Assembly (NCBI GenBank): GCA_001940845.1 | Contig: MSGV01000023.1 | Coordinates: 338,312 to 402,311, forward strand | From: Christensenellaceae bacterium Phil7 | GTDB lineage: Bacteria > Bacillota > Clostridia > Christensenellales > CAG-138 | Length of the DNA stretch: 64,000 bases | Direction: 5' to 3' | Shown: positions 41,637 through 51,476 of the stretch, piece after piece | Layout of the letters: the number at the start of each line of letters is the position of its first letter | Position numbering within the stretch: position 1 is the stretch's first letter | Notes under the pieces: generated by a model | Told to the model about the DNA's origin: nothing | Database searches by the model: none | Seen by the model: only the letters and a program-made list of their open reading frames with translations | Position numbers and translations under genes: made by a program

Positions 41637-41718
41637 CAATTACGAAGAAACACCCCATTTATGATGTCCTCGTAAATGGGAGGCGCCTCCAACAAGACGA
41701 GTCCGATAAATTTTGAAT

Positions 41719-42369
41719 TTACTTCGTTGCTTTCAGGGTATATGTTGCACCCCAATTATGCAACACCTCAACAGAAGAAAAGCCTGCTGCCACGAGTGCT
41801 TCGGTTTCATGTTTCACCGTAAGAGGCGTATCATAATGATAAAACTCATTATCAGTAACACCCTGCTCTGCTTTCATTGCAATTAAATTATTGCGATATA
41901 TTTTTTCTTCATCATCTGACAAAGAAAAATAGTCTGTAAGAATAAAATATCCACCATTTTTTAATGCAGTGTGTAGCCTGGCATAAAGGGGTATTTTTTC
42001 TTCTTTTGTAAAGTGGTGCAGACTTTCCACGGACACGGCAGAGTCAAATACATTTTTACCGAAAGAAACATCAAAATAAGAGCCGTGAATCAATGTTATA
42101 TCCTGGTCTGCAAATTTCCGTTTGAGTTCGGATAACATTCCTTGCGACAAGTCTATCCCCGTAACCTTTGCTGATGGATTCAGCAAATAGTATTCGTGCA
42201 GTTCAAGTCCTGTACCACAACCTAAATCAAGCAGTCTGCAGTTTTCGGTAGTTGGCAGCTGGCTTGCTGTGAAGGGATAAAACTCGTCTGCCGAATCAAT
42301 ATTGGTCAGCATATGTTTGTCATACCCATCTAATCTATTTTCAAAAAAATCGCTCATCTTTTCAAGCAT
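41719..42369 (-). CDS. class I SAM-dependent methyltransferase
   Basis: 216 aa. Motif I LLDLGCGTG. Substrate unknown. Confidence 0.8.
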   Translation of the reverse strand: MLEKMSDFFENRLDGYDKHMLTNIDSADEFYPFTASQLPTTENCRLLDLGCGTGLELHEYYLLNPSAKVTGIDLSQGMLSELKRKFADQDITLIHGSYFDVSFGKNVFDSAVSVESLHHFTKEEKIPLYARLHTALKNGGYFILTDYFSLSDDEEKIYRNNLIAMKAEQGVTDNEFYHYDTPLTVKHETEALVAAGFSSVEVLHNWGATYTLKATK

Positions 42370-42463
42370 ATCTATTCTCCGTTAAATTATAATTAATGAA
42401 ACCGTCATTTTGATAAAAACATGCTTTTTGTTACCAATGAAAGACCAAAAAAGCAGAATGTAT

Positions 42464-42868
42464 TTATTTTTTAGTTTCAAATCCGTAGCATTCACCGTTT
42501 AAATCAATATGTTCAATATGAGATTTGAAATCTTGCTCGCATACATCATCGATATAATTTACGCAATGAATACACTTATCGGCAATAACCTTTTTCAATT
42601 TCTCTTCATATTCACATCGCCGCAATATTGAAATTTCATTTTCTTTAATTAGCCTGATGCTTGAAGGATTGAAATATTGTTTTTCGGTTTTCAAATCTTC
42701 TTCAATAAAGAAAGGTGCTACACAACCTTCCTCGATATAACATTCCAACTCTACAAACGAATTATAGTTTTTATTCAAATACTCAATAAATGATTCTATG
42801 TCAGTTATACCATCAGGAAATCTACAATAATGAACATTATTGATTAAAGCGACTTTAAAACTCTTCAT
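42464..42868 (-). CDS. hypothetical protein (134 aa)
   Basis: Start moved to MKSFKVAL (GAGGTG RBS) because the track N-terminus overlaps the tRNA-Val terminator. AT-rich by eye. No family recognised. Confidence 0.45.
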   Translation of the reverse strand: MKSFKVALINNVHYCRFPDGITDIESFIEYLNKNYNSFVELECYIEEGCVAPFFIEEDLKTEKQYFNPSSIRLIKENEISILRRCEYEEKLKKVIADKCIHCVNYIDDVCEQDFKSHIEHIDLNGECYGFETKK

Positions 42869-42905
42869 TAAAACACCTCTATAAAATAAACAATTGGGCA
42901 ATATT

Positions 42906-42947
42906 AAACAAACATCTTTTGCACTGGTATACAAAAGATGTTTGTTT
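42906..42947 (-). terminator. hairpin terminator after tRNA-Val
   Basis: 16-bp stem AAACAAACATCTTTTG / CAAAAGATGTTTGTTT with a 10-nt loop. Confidence 0.6.
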
Positions 42948-42949
42948 AG

Positions 42950-43026
42950 TGGTGGGGATGAAGGGACTCGAACCCCCGACCTCTTCGATGTGAGCGAAGC
43001 GCGCTAACCAGCTGAGCCACATCCCC
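42950..43026 (-). tRNA. tRNA-Val (anticodon CAC), encoded CCA
   Basis: Reverse strand: GGGGATGTGGCTCAGCTGGTTAGCGCG-CTTCG-CTCACAT-CGAAG-AGGTC-GGGGGTTCGAGTCCCTT-CATCCCC-A-CCA. One D-stem mismatch. Confidence 0.8.
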
Positions 43027-43037
43027 ATTACTTTTTT

Positions 43038-43066
43038 ATTATAGCACGCTTATAGCAGTTTTGCAA
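43038..43066 (-). promoter_or_regulatory. sigma-A type promoter for tRNA-Val
   Basis: Reverse strand: TTGCAA-17 nt-TATAAT, 11 nt before the tRNA 5' end. Confidence 0.7.
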
Positions 43067-43137
43067 CCCAAATTTTATATATAAGGTTTTTTCAACAATA
43101 CAACAGTAACCATTCCGAGCTTTGCAAATCGTGTCGA

Positions 43138-44067
43138 TCATCGGCAGTATTTTTCAAGAAATTCGCTCAATACACGCTCGTATCGTTCGCTGTCCTGAAA
43201 ATAGCTGAGGACATGGCCCGCATTTGGAAAAATCTCGAGTTCAAACTTATCAGGATATTCCGAATGGAGTTTCTTGCTCATATCGCATGAGACAAAACCA
43301 TCCGCTTCCCCATGAACGATCAGCATCGGAAGCTTGGTTCGTTCGATCGACGGCCTCACATCGCAATCATCAAGCCTGATCCCCCCGAAGAGCCTTGCTC
43401 CGAATCGAAGAAGCGGATAGAACAGCCCGGCTGGGAGTTTATTCATCTTGAGTACGTTTTTAATAATTTCCATTGCTGAACTGTAAGGAGAATCCGCAGC
43501 AATGCATTTAACATTTGGCGGCAAATCCTTTCCTGCTGCCAGCAGTACAGTAGATGCACCCATGGATGTTCCAACGAGTGCGATGCTGCTTTCCCCTCCA
43601 AAGCGATTAAGTACATACTGAATCCATTCTTTGCAATCATCGGATTCCTTAATGCCAAAAGTGATCGTATGGCCTGAGCTTTCACCTTGAGCACGCTCAT
43701 CCACTATCAGCACACTAAAACCTAGCTTCATCAGGTATGGTGCAGCCGCGCAAAAATCACGAATTCCGCAGCCTCTATAACCATGAAAACAAATTGCTAC
43801 AGGCGCGGTTTCACTTGATACATATAGTCTGCCTGCCAGATTCAAACCATCGGATGAACGAATCGCAACCCTCTCGCATGGCATTGCTTCGAGTTCATCG
43901 ATATATTTGAGGATTATATTCCAACATGCAGCATATTGGTTTCCATATGGCATACGCCTATAATCATTCTGGTACAAAAGCGGAGAATAAAAGGCCAGAA
44001 GATAGCATACGAAAATTATGATGAAGCATAGCGCAGCTAATGCGCAGATAATTATTAGTATTGGCAT
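43138..44067 (-). CDS. alpha/beta hydrolase with N-terminal membrane anchor
   Basis: 309 aa. Nucleophile elbow GTSMGAS. Downstream HGEADGFV and a His in NAGHV. Confidence 0.8.
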   Translation of the reverse strand: MPILIIICALAALCFIIIFVCYLLAFYSPLLYQNDYRRMPYGNQYAACWNIILKYIDELEAMPCERVAIRSSDGLNLAGRLYVSSETAPVAICFHGYRGCGIRDFCAAAPYLMKLGFSVLIVDERAQGESSGHTITFGIKESDDCKEWIQYVLNRFGGESSIALVGTSMGASTVLLAAGKDLPPNVKCIAADSPYSSAMEIIKNVLKMNKLPAGLFYPLLRFGARLFGGIRLDDCDVRPSIERTKLPMLIVHGEADGFVSCDMSKKLHSEYPDKFELEIFPNAGHVLSYFQDSERYERVLSEFLEKYCR

Positions 44068-44207
44068 AAACGCATGAGCGGATCGAATATTCAGCGATGC
44101 CGCTAGACCTTTCCAATTAAATATCGGTTTGATTAAATAAGCACTTGCTTATCCATCGATTTGATTGTATCATTAACTTTATAAAAAATAAAGAGGTTGG
44201 AGCAAGA

Positions 44208-45146
44208 ATGCGCAGGCTTTCGTTGAATATAGACGCTAATCTTGATGAACGAACCGTTCTTTCAGTTTTAAAAGGCGAATTGCAGTTCTCTACAGGGCTG
44301 ATCGCCCGGTGTAAACGTATTAAAAATGGTATAACCCTGGATGGTTCTGCCGTACATACGAATGTTCGTGTCAAAAACGGACAGATCCTCAGCGCAGTGA
44401 TCGGACCTCTGATTAAAGCAATCGGAGAGCCTCCATACGAAATTCTCTATGAGGACGAAGATATTTTGATTATCAACAAACCTGCCGGAACCGCTGCTCA
44501 TGGTTCGAGATATGATGATAATGTGGATTCTATTGAATACCATTTATCCAAATACTTCGGCTGTGATTCGGCATATCACCCGGTTAGTCGTCTTGATAAG
44601 GGTACGACCGGAATCATGACGATCGCAAAAAATGGTTATATGCATGATCGGCTGACCAAGCAGCTGCATTCTCAGGACTTTATTCGCAAATATATAGGCA
44701 TCGTTTATGGTGAACCTGCTCAAGGCTTTGGAAGTATCATGCTTCCTATAGGCAGAGCGGAAGGCTCAGCGATAAAACGTGAGGTGCGTCAGGATGGAGC
44801 CGCCTCAGTCACCCATTATGAGGTCTTGAGTAAAGTAAAAAATATGTCCGTTGTCCGCTTTGTGCTTGAAACGGGCAGAACCCACCAGATCCGCGTGCAT
44901 ATGGCTGCAATCGGGCATCCGCTTGTAGGAGATTGGCTATATGGAAGAGAGGAAAGAGAGCTTATAGAAAGACCGGCACTCCATTCATCAGAATTGCTAT
45001 TCCTTCACCCGCTCAATAAAAAAAAGAATTTGCATATCCTGCGGTTTGCCCGAGGATATGCAAAATTTGATAAGGTAAGCATTCTATTTCCCGAGCTTTT
45101 TCTTAAAGCGCCTGTTTTTATATACGCCCCACATACGAAACGTTGA
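44208..45146 (+). CDS. RluA family pseudouridine synthase; C-terminus probably frameshifted at an A8 run
   Basis: GAGGTTGGAG RBS. S4-like N-terminus. Catalytic SRLDKGTTG and GRTHQIRVH. The tail after 45018-45025 loses family similarity and overlaps the convergent gene. Confidence 0.8.
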   Translation: MRRLSLNIDANLDERTVLSVLKGELQFSTGLIARCKRIKNGITLDGSAVHTNVRVKNGQILSAVIGPLIKAIGEPPYEILYEDEDILIINKPAGTAAHGSRYDDNVDSIEYHLSKYFGCDSAYHPVSRLDKGTTGIMTIAKNGYMHDRLTKQLHSQDFIRKYIGIVYGEPAQGFGSIMLPIGRAEGSAIKREVRQDGAASVTHYEVLSKVKNMSVVRFVLETGRTHQIRVHMAAIGHPLVGDWLYGREERELIERPALHSSELLFLHPLNKKKNLHILRFARGYAKFDKVSILFPELFLKAPVFIYAPHTKR

Positions 45147-46331
45147 GGAAACGAGCAAAATTGCAATGGCTATGCTTCCAGCAATGGCGGCTGTGCTGAT
45201 CCCCTTTTCCCAGAACTGAGAAACATTGCCGCTTGCAACAGCACTCATAGAATAGTAGACGCCCGATCCTGGGATCAGCGGAACAAGAGATGCCAGCAGA
45301 TAGCTGGTTGCCGGATATTTACGGACTCTTGCCATGATTTCGGCATAAAGTGCAACGAATGCAGCCGCAAGGAAATAACAGCCATAATCAATTATACCTG
45401 CATAACTGAACAGGCTGTATACAAGCCACGACAGCACGCTGCCAAGCAGACAGAGCAATATTCCGCTGCCATGAATATTAAACCAAAAGCAGAATCCCAG
45501 CGTCCCTATCATTCCAGCTATGCATTGAATTGGAAGCGAGTATGTAACAAGATGTGCGCTTCCTTCCATGCTGCCGAATATTAAAGAAGAAAAGTTTACT
45601 GCCGCGCTTGTTCCGACAACAAGCGCAGCGGATATAATCAATACCTGTACCAGACGGTTAACCCCTGACATCGTATCTCCATAAATGATGTCTCGAATAC
45701 TGTTAGTAAATAGAAATCCTGGAACAAGTATCATCAGCGTTCCAATGCTCGCCGCATCAGCATTATCACACAATCCCATATGACCGAACGAATGTGCTGT
45801 AAAAGCGAGGATGAAGCCGGATACAAGGGTACTAAAGAATGGATTTGCATGAAGGCTGCCCATAAATTTTAGGCATATCCCCGTTGCAATGCCACAAACC
45901 CCTGCTATTACGGCATCCAAAAAGGTACCCTTAAAGAAGAAAGCAAAGCCGAATGCGACTAGAAAATATCCAAGAAAGGTGATCCATTCATTATAATGTT
46001 TAATAGATGCAGTTGTTTCCCTGAGCATAGATTTTGCATCGTCTAAATTTGGCTTTTGGGCACAAAGCCTTCTGGAAAGCGCACTGTATCTCTCTATGCC
46101 GTCCAGCAGCGTTCCACAATCCCGAACTCTGCGCAATGTAGCGAGCGTTCTCCCATCAGGAGTAGTGCACGAAACCGTTATACAATTCGGTATGACACTC
46201 GCATCAGCCTGAACACCATAGGCGGACAGCAATCTTGTAATCGTTTCCTCAACACGATAGGTTTCCGCTCCGCTTTTTTGAAAGCGTACAGCCAGATCTA
46301 AAACAAAATCGAGCAATTCATCATAATTCAT
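45084..46331 (-). CDS. threonine/serine exporter family protein (ThrE, fused DUF1212 + DUF3815)
   Basis: 415 aa. Soluble-looking N-terminal part, then about 10 TM segments. Family assignment by recall. Confidence 0.75.
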   Translation of the reverse strand: MNYDELLDFVLDLAVRFQKSGAETYRVEETITRLLSAYGVQADASVIPNCITVSCTTPDGRTLATLRRVRDCGTLLDGIERYSALSRRLCAQKPNLDDAKSMLRETTASIKHYNEWITFLGYFLVAFGFAFFFKGTFLDAVIAGVCGIATGICLKFMGSLHANPFFSTLVSGFILAFTAHSFGHMGLCDNADAASIGTLMILVPGFLFTNSIRDIIYGDTMSGVNRLVQVLIISAALVVGTSAAVNFSSLIFGSMEGSAHLVTYSLPIQCIAGMIGTLGFCFWFNIHGSGILLCLLGSVLSWLVYSLFSYAGIIDYGCYFLAAAFVALYAEIMARVRKYPATSYLLASLVPLIPGSGVYYSMSAVASGNVSQFWEKGISTAAIAGSIAIAILLVSSTFRMWGVYKNRRFKKKLGK

Positions 46332-46605
46332 ACGCAGTACCCATTAAAAATCTTTCAGTAAGGCTTTCTGATATAAATTCTTGCATTGTTCACTTTTGCA
46401 AGAATTTATGTCAAATTCCAAATATAGCATTAACTTGTGCAAATTGCAAGCATGCACATCCATAAAACTAAAATATAAATAAGAAAACATGTTTATAACC
46501 GCAAGATACCCGCATTTTTTCATGCGCTTCGACAAAAAATAGCCTAAACAGTTCCCGCATCAAATTGCAGGAATGTGCACCGAAATTCGAACCGAGGGCA
46601 TTGTA

Positions 46606-48939
46606 ATGAAAAGGATGGAAAATAAAACCGGAAATACTTCTGATTTGAGCAAGAAAAAGCGTTGGCGAATTGCATTGCAGGTAATATTGCTGCTCTTTAC
46701 ATTATCAATAGCAGTTGGACTTATAATTTTCGCCAAGTTTTTTAAAATCGACGAATGGCATAGCTTCGATCCATCATTGATAACCGATGCAGATTGCAGC
46801 ACGGCATTTTATGATAGCTGCGGAAACGAAATATCCATACTTCATAGTTCGGAAAACAGGATTTTCATAGATATAACCAGTTTGCCATCCTATGTTAAAT
46901 ATGCATTCATATCGGCTGAGGATACAAGATTTTATGAGCATGGCGGAGTAGACATAGTGCGAATCTGCGGGGCGGCAATAGCTGACATAAAAGCAGGCGG
47001 TAATGTTCAAGGTGCGTCAACGATCGGTCAGCAGCTTATCAAATTGAGTCACCTCTCACCTGATAAAACCTTTGAACGCAAGCTGGAGGAGGCCTATCTT
47101 TCAATACAAATGGAGCATGAGTTTTCAAAGGATGAAATACTGGAGATGTATCTCAACTATGTGTATTTTGGCGGTGGCTTTTATGGGATAGAGACGGCTG
47201 CACGGGGTTATTTCGGAGTTCATGCATGTGAACTCAGTATCGCTCAAGCCGCCCAGTTGGCAGGAATAGTAAAAGCTCCTTCACGATATGCGCCGCATCT
47301 TAATATGGAAAAATCAATTGGCCGCCGCAACACTGTGCTTGGGCTAATGCGAGATTATGAAAGAATAACGGATGAGGAGTATTTTAATGCAATAAATGAG
47401 GTTTGTGAACTGAAAAATTCGCTTGAAAGTAAAGAAAGCTTTTTCCTAGACCATGCTATAGCTGAAACCTGCAGTATTTTGAATTTGGATAGAAATGAAC
47501 TGCTAAAAAGTGGATATTCGGTCTATACAACGCTGGATACTTCCGCCGATACAATTGCCCAAGAGCTTGTAAGCGATTCGGAGAATTATCCGAATGGTGC
47601 AGACGATGCGGAAGGAGCACTCGTTTTACTGAAAAATAATGGAAGCATTGCAGCTTTGGTGGGTGGCAGAGAATATAGCTCACAATGCTTTGATCGGGCA
47701 TCTGATATGGAGCGTCAGCCTGGCTCGTTGATAAAGCCAATTATCTGTTATGCTCCGGCGATGGAGTATTATGGAATTACGGCAGCGAGCATACTGGATG
47801 ATATCCCCAAAGATTTCGACGGCTATCGACCCAGAAACTCGGGCGATAGCTACTCAGGCAGGGTGAGCGTTCGAACTGCACTCGCAAATTCACTCAACAT
47901 CCCTGCCGTTGAATTGCTGGATTATATCGGATTGGATGTCGGAATTGGCTTTGCCGAAGATATGGGAATATCCTTTGACGATGAATGTATTTCACTTGCC
48001 CTTGCGCTGGGTGGTTTTACATATGGAGTGTCGCCCTTGGAAATGGCTGGGGCATATGCCGCATTTGCTTCGGGAGGAGAATATAATGAACCATTTTCGA
48101 TTCAGCGTATTGAGCATAAAGGCAAAATAGTATATGAACATGAGTTGGAACCAAAAAGGGTGTTAAGCGAGGGAAATGCTTTCATAATGACCGATATGCT
48201 CGAATCCGCTGCACAAACCGGCACGGCAAAACTGCTCGCGGAAACCGGACTTCATATTGCGGCAAAAACCGGCACGAATCTGGATTCCAATGGCGATGTT
48301 CGCGATGCCTGGACAGCGGCCTATACCGGAGATTATACAGCCGTAATGTGGATGGGCATGGACGATTCAAGCCTTGGAGCCCTGCCGGCAGGTACTACTG
48401 GCGGCAACAGTGCTTGCGTTGTATTGAGCAAGCTTTTTTCCGGCATCTATAGCCAAGAAAACGACATTTTTCAAATTCCCGAAGATGTCGCGTGCATCAG
48501 CATCGATACAAGCTCCATTGATTATATGGGAACCAATTTGCTTCTGCTGGCAACAGCCTATACGCCGGAGGCTGATATCGGAGAGGAATACTTTACTATT
48601 GATACGGTACCGCATCAATCAAATCCATTTTGGCAATATCCGGAACCTCCTGAACAGGTTGGCTGGTACTTTGGTATAGACGGAAAGCCTGTAATCACCT
48701 TCATTTCTGATGATGAACGCTATACCTACAAAATTATTCGGGCTGATGACGATGGAAATGAATTGTGCATATCGACGCTTAATAAATGTATTGGTGTGGT
48801 GGAATACAGAGATCCAAGCGCAATGCCCGATAACAGCTATACCTATTTTATAAAAAAGATACATCCAAACCTGGCTGAAAACGGAAAAAACCTCGAAAGT
48901 AAACCATCACGATCATTGCGGGTTATCATGTACGGCTGA
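46606..48939 (+). CDS. class A penicillin-binding protein (PBP1A family)
   Basis: GT51 motif ISAEDTRFYEHGGVD. Transpeptidase motifs SLIK and KTGT. About 130 aa C-terminal extension. Confidence 0.9.
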   Translation: MKRMENKTGNTSDLSKKKRWRIALQVILLLFTLSIAVGLIIFAKFFKIDEWHSFDPSLITDADCSTAFYDSCGNEISILHSSENRIFIDITSLPSYVKYAFISAEDTRFYEHGGVDIVRICGAAIADIKAGGNVQGASTIGQQLIKLSHLSPDKTFERKLEEAYLSIQMEHEFSKDEILEMYLNYVYFGGGFYGIETAARGYFGVHACELSIAQAAQLAGIVKAPSRYAPHLNMEKSIGRRNTVLGLMRDYERITDEEYFNAINEVCELKNSLESKESFFLDHAIAETCSILNLDRNELLKSGYSVYTTLDTSADTIAQELVSDSENYPNGADDAEGALVLLKNNGSIAALVGGREYSSQCFDRASDMERQPGSLIKPIICYAPAMEYYGITAASILDDIPKDFDGYRPRNSGDSYSGRVSVRTALANSLNIPAVELLDYIGLDVGIGFAEDMGISFDDECISLALALGGFTYGVSPLEMAGAYAAFASGGEYNEPFSIQRIEHKGKIVYEHELEPKRVLSEGNAFIMTDMLESAAQTGTAKLLAETGLHIAAKTGTNLDSNGDVRDAWTAAYTGDYTAVMWMGMDDSSLGALPAGTTGGNSACVVLSKLFSGIYSQENDIFQIPEDVACISIDTSSIDYMGTNLLLLATAYTPEADIGEEYFTIDTVPHQSNPFWQYPEPPEQVGWYFGIDGKPVITFISDDERYTYKIIRADDDGNELCISTLNKCIGVVEYRDPSAMPDNSYTYFIKKIHPNLAENGKNLESKPSRSLRVIMYG

Positions 48940-49057
48940 AATATGTGATCCTTCTGCATTTTTTAATAGGCTTGACAAATGATTGAAGTCATGCTATTGT
49001 ATACAAGATTATTGTCGGCAGTGATACCAAATTTAGCTGATATTGAAAGAGGCTGAA

Positions 49058-50155
49058 GTGACGAATATTTTCGATTACCTGACATGGCGTGGTGATCTTT
49101 CCATGACAGTTTGCCCATTCAATGAGATCGATGGAGTTATACTGGCAAGATTTTCTTATATGCCGTTTGAGTGTATTGAAGGCTATGGCAGAGGCATGGT
49201 TATGCACATTGCCGAAATTTCAAATCTATTGTTAGCTATTCCTGATATTGAGCAGCGCGTTCGAATGGCAGATGATAAAAAGCTGCTTGCAGCTTTGGCC
49301 GAAAGCAACCGTTTCCGCAGTATCGAAATATCTGATTACGTCAATAAACTCAGCTGCGAGACACAGCTTCAGTTTTCCGCGATTACTGCAAAGCTGAGCA
49401 ATGAAAATTCATATGTTATTTTCCGCGGCACGGACAATACGCTTATCGGATGGAAGGAAGATTTCAACATGAGTTTTGTATGCCCGGTTCCTGCTCAAAA
49501 ACATGCTGTGGAGTATTTAAACCGTGCATTCTCAAAGGATACTCAAAATCTGATAATAGGCGGACATTCCAAAGGTGGGAATCTGGCAGTATATGCCGCC
49601 GCATTCTGCGAGCCTGAAATGCAGAAAAAGATATCAAAAGTTTATAACTTTGATGGACCTGGTTTTGATGATTCAGTATTGAAAACGCTGGAATACAAAA
49701 GCATCTGCGGAAGAATTAAAACATATGTTCCGCAGTCATCCGTCGTTGGTATGCTGCTTGGACATGAAGAAGAATACATAATAGTGCACAGTGCACAGCG
49801 AAACGTTCTATGGCAGCATGATATCTATTCATGGGAGGTTGAGCGCGACCATTTTATTTATCTGGAAACCGTCAATACCAGCAGCAAATTTATCGATTAT
49901 ACGCTAAAGGCCTGGATCGCAGACATGGATTATGCGAGAAGAGAGGAACTCATAGATACGCTCTATGTTATTCTGACTAAAACGCAGGCCAATACCATAA
50001 AGGAGCTGAATGCGAGCAAGTTCTCCAACGCAATGATTGTATTAAAGTCAATCAAAAACCTCGACGAAAGAACAAAACATCTGGTCACCGAATCATTACG
50101 CCTGCTTGTCAGAGCAGCAAAACAGGAAGCTATTACCGCATTTGCAAGCAAATGA
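49058..50155 (+). CDS. DUF2974 (Mbeg1-like) lipase-fold protein
   Basis: GTG start after AAGAGG gives (M)TNIFDYLTWRGDL. GGHSKGGNLA nucleophile elbow. Confidence 0.75.
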   Translation: MTNIFDYLTWRGDLSMTVCPFNEIDGVILARFSYMPFECIEGYGRGMVMHIAEISNLLLAIPDIEQRVRMADDKKLLAALAESNRFRSIEISDYVNKLSCETQLQFSAITAKLSNENSYVIFRGTDNTLIGWKEDFNMSFVCPVPAQKHAVEYLNRAFSKDTQNLIIGGHSKGGNLAVYAAAFCEPEMQKKISKVYNFDGPGFDDSVLKTLEYKSICGRIKTYVPQSSVVGMLLGHEEEYIIVHSAQRNVLWQHDIYSWEVERDHFIYLETVNTSSKFIDYTLKAWIADMDYARREELIDTLYVILTKTQANTIKELNASKFSNAMIVLKSIKNLDERTKHLVTESLRLLVRAAKQEAITAFASK

Positions 50156-50510
50156 TGCTGAACCGTTTGAATTGCCCAGCCTGTCGGTAGTATCGTGTGT
50201 CCTGCGTAACTTCATTCGTTGCCAGCAGAAAAAACATCTTGCCCCGAATGTTTCGTCAAGGTGACTACACCCTTTTGCGCTGCTAAAGCGGTCATCCTCT
50301 CCGAAGGGCAGCAAGCAACAATCTAACGATTGCCCCACGGTTTTACGACAACCCATTGCAGGAATTTCGGCAGATATGTACACACACAAAACCCTACGAT
50401 CCCGTTATAGCGGTAATCGGAGGGTTTCTGCTTATTGAGGTTTCACCCCAATCCCTAGAGGGCATGGAAACCGTGCCCTTGAACACGGGGTAAATCCTGC
50501 GGCTATGCAA

Positions 50511-51476
50511 TTAAGATTGCTTGATATAGAATCTCAAAACATAACCTCGAAGTCCTTGATAATCTACATAGGCAAAATCTCCATGCCACGCAAGAACTTG
50601 GAACTCTTCGTTCACAGGGATTTGGGTGATTGCATCCGAACTGGAACTCGGTGCAGTACGCAGATTGATGTACTCCTTGCAGTCAGCATAATACCATGCC
50701 TCCATTGTGGGACTAAAATCCTTTTCCACCGGATAACGATCACTGTCAGTAAAATGCCACCATTCGCCGGAATACGGTTTGAAACCGTGCTTTTTCATTG
50801 CCTCTTCCAATAGCAGAGCATTTTCAGCGGCCTCTTTGGGGCAATCGCTATAATCTCTGTCTGCAAGGTGCGAGAAATCATCAAACCCTGTTGGCATTGT
50901 TATTTCCTGTCCATCTCCATCTACCAAAGTAACATCAATGGTATTCCCCCTGCTGTGAGAACTGAATCCGGTTACCGGGTTGGCCACATAAGTAGAATCC
51001 GGATAGACATCCCAGAGTTTAAACTGGGCAGCAGTAGGACGAAAGGCATCCCAAATTTTAAGGTAGAGCTCCCTTCCCCGCAGATCTTCTTGCACAAGAA
51101 TCAGCTTCTTAACAGTTCCATATCGAAGCCAAGGCTCGGTAAACTCATAGATTTTCTGCCCGGTAAAATTGTCCTCTGTTGCATAAGCAAGTTCAAAAAA
51201 GATATTTGGAATGTAATCCCGAACCCGGACAAAATCATCATTTGCTGGCTCTATAGGGCTTGGTTTCCTTGTCGGAGGTGCTGTTTCAGGTGGTTCGGTT
51301 TCCTTTACCCGCGTTTCCTCTGGTTGTGTAGTCGGAGATGTAGTCGCCGAAAGAGAGGTAGCAGGAGCCTCGGTCACCGGAGGCTGCGTAGCATCATTTG
51401 AAATGCTACTCTTTGCAACACAGCCAGATAAGCATATTGCAAGGAGCAACGAAAGCAATCTAACTTTCAGTTTCAT
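50511..51476 (-). CDS. M15 family D-Ala-D-Ala dipeptidase (VanX/DdpX-like) lipoprotein with C-terminal SH3 domain
   Basis: Lipobox LAICLSGC. SSHSRGNTIDV and GEWWHF zinc/catalytic motifs. Pro/Thr/Glu linker. SH3-like C-terminus. Confidence 0.8.
   Translation of the reverse strand: MKLKVRLLSLLLAICLSGCVAKSSISNDATQPPVTEAPATSLSATTSPTTQPEETRVKETEPPETAPPTRKPSPIEPANDDFVRVRDYIPNIFFELAYATEDNFTGQKIYEFTEPWLRYGTVKKLILVQEDLRGRELYLKIWDAFRPTAAQFKLWDVYPDSTYVANPVTGFSSHSRGNTIDVTLVDGDGQEITMPTGFDDFSHLADRDYSDCPKEAAENALLLEEAMKKHGFKPYSGEWWHFTDSDRYPVEKDFSPTMEAWYYADCKEYINLRTAPSSSSDAITQIPVNEEFQVLAWHGDFAYVDYQGLRGYVLRFYIKQS

Noticed and set aside
46344-46802. Small reverse-strand ORFs (63 and 80 aa) between thrE and the PBP gene
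   Set aside because: They occupy the divergent promoter region, lack an RBS and partly overlap the PBP 5' end.
50156-50510. Tried to identify the structured gap as tmRNA, SRP RNA, 6S RNA, or a cobalamin, FMN, glycine or ZTP riboswitch
   Set aside because: The hallmarks of each class are missing:
- No tRNA-like ...TCCACCA 3' end or tag ORF (tmRNA).
- No GGAAGCAGC domain IV motif (SRP RNA).
- Only short chance similarities to the riboswitch cores, and no downstream gene on either strand.
- A faint resemblance of 50470-50505 to the 3' arm of E. coli 6S RNA, too weak to call.

The region is kept as an unclassified candidate in the findings.
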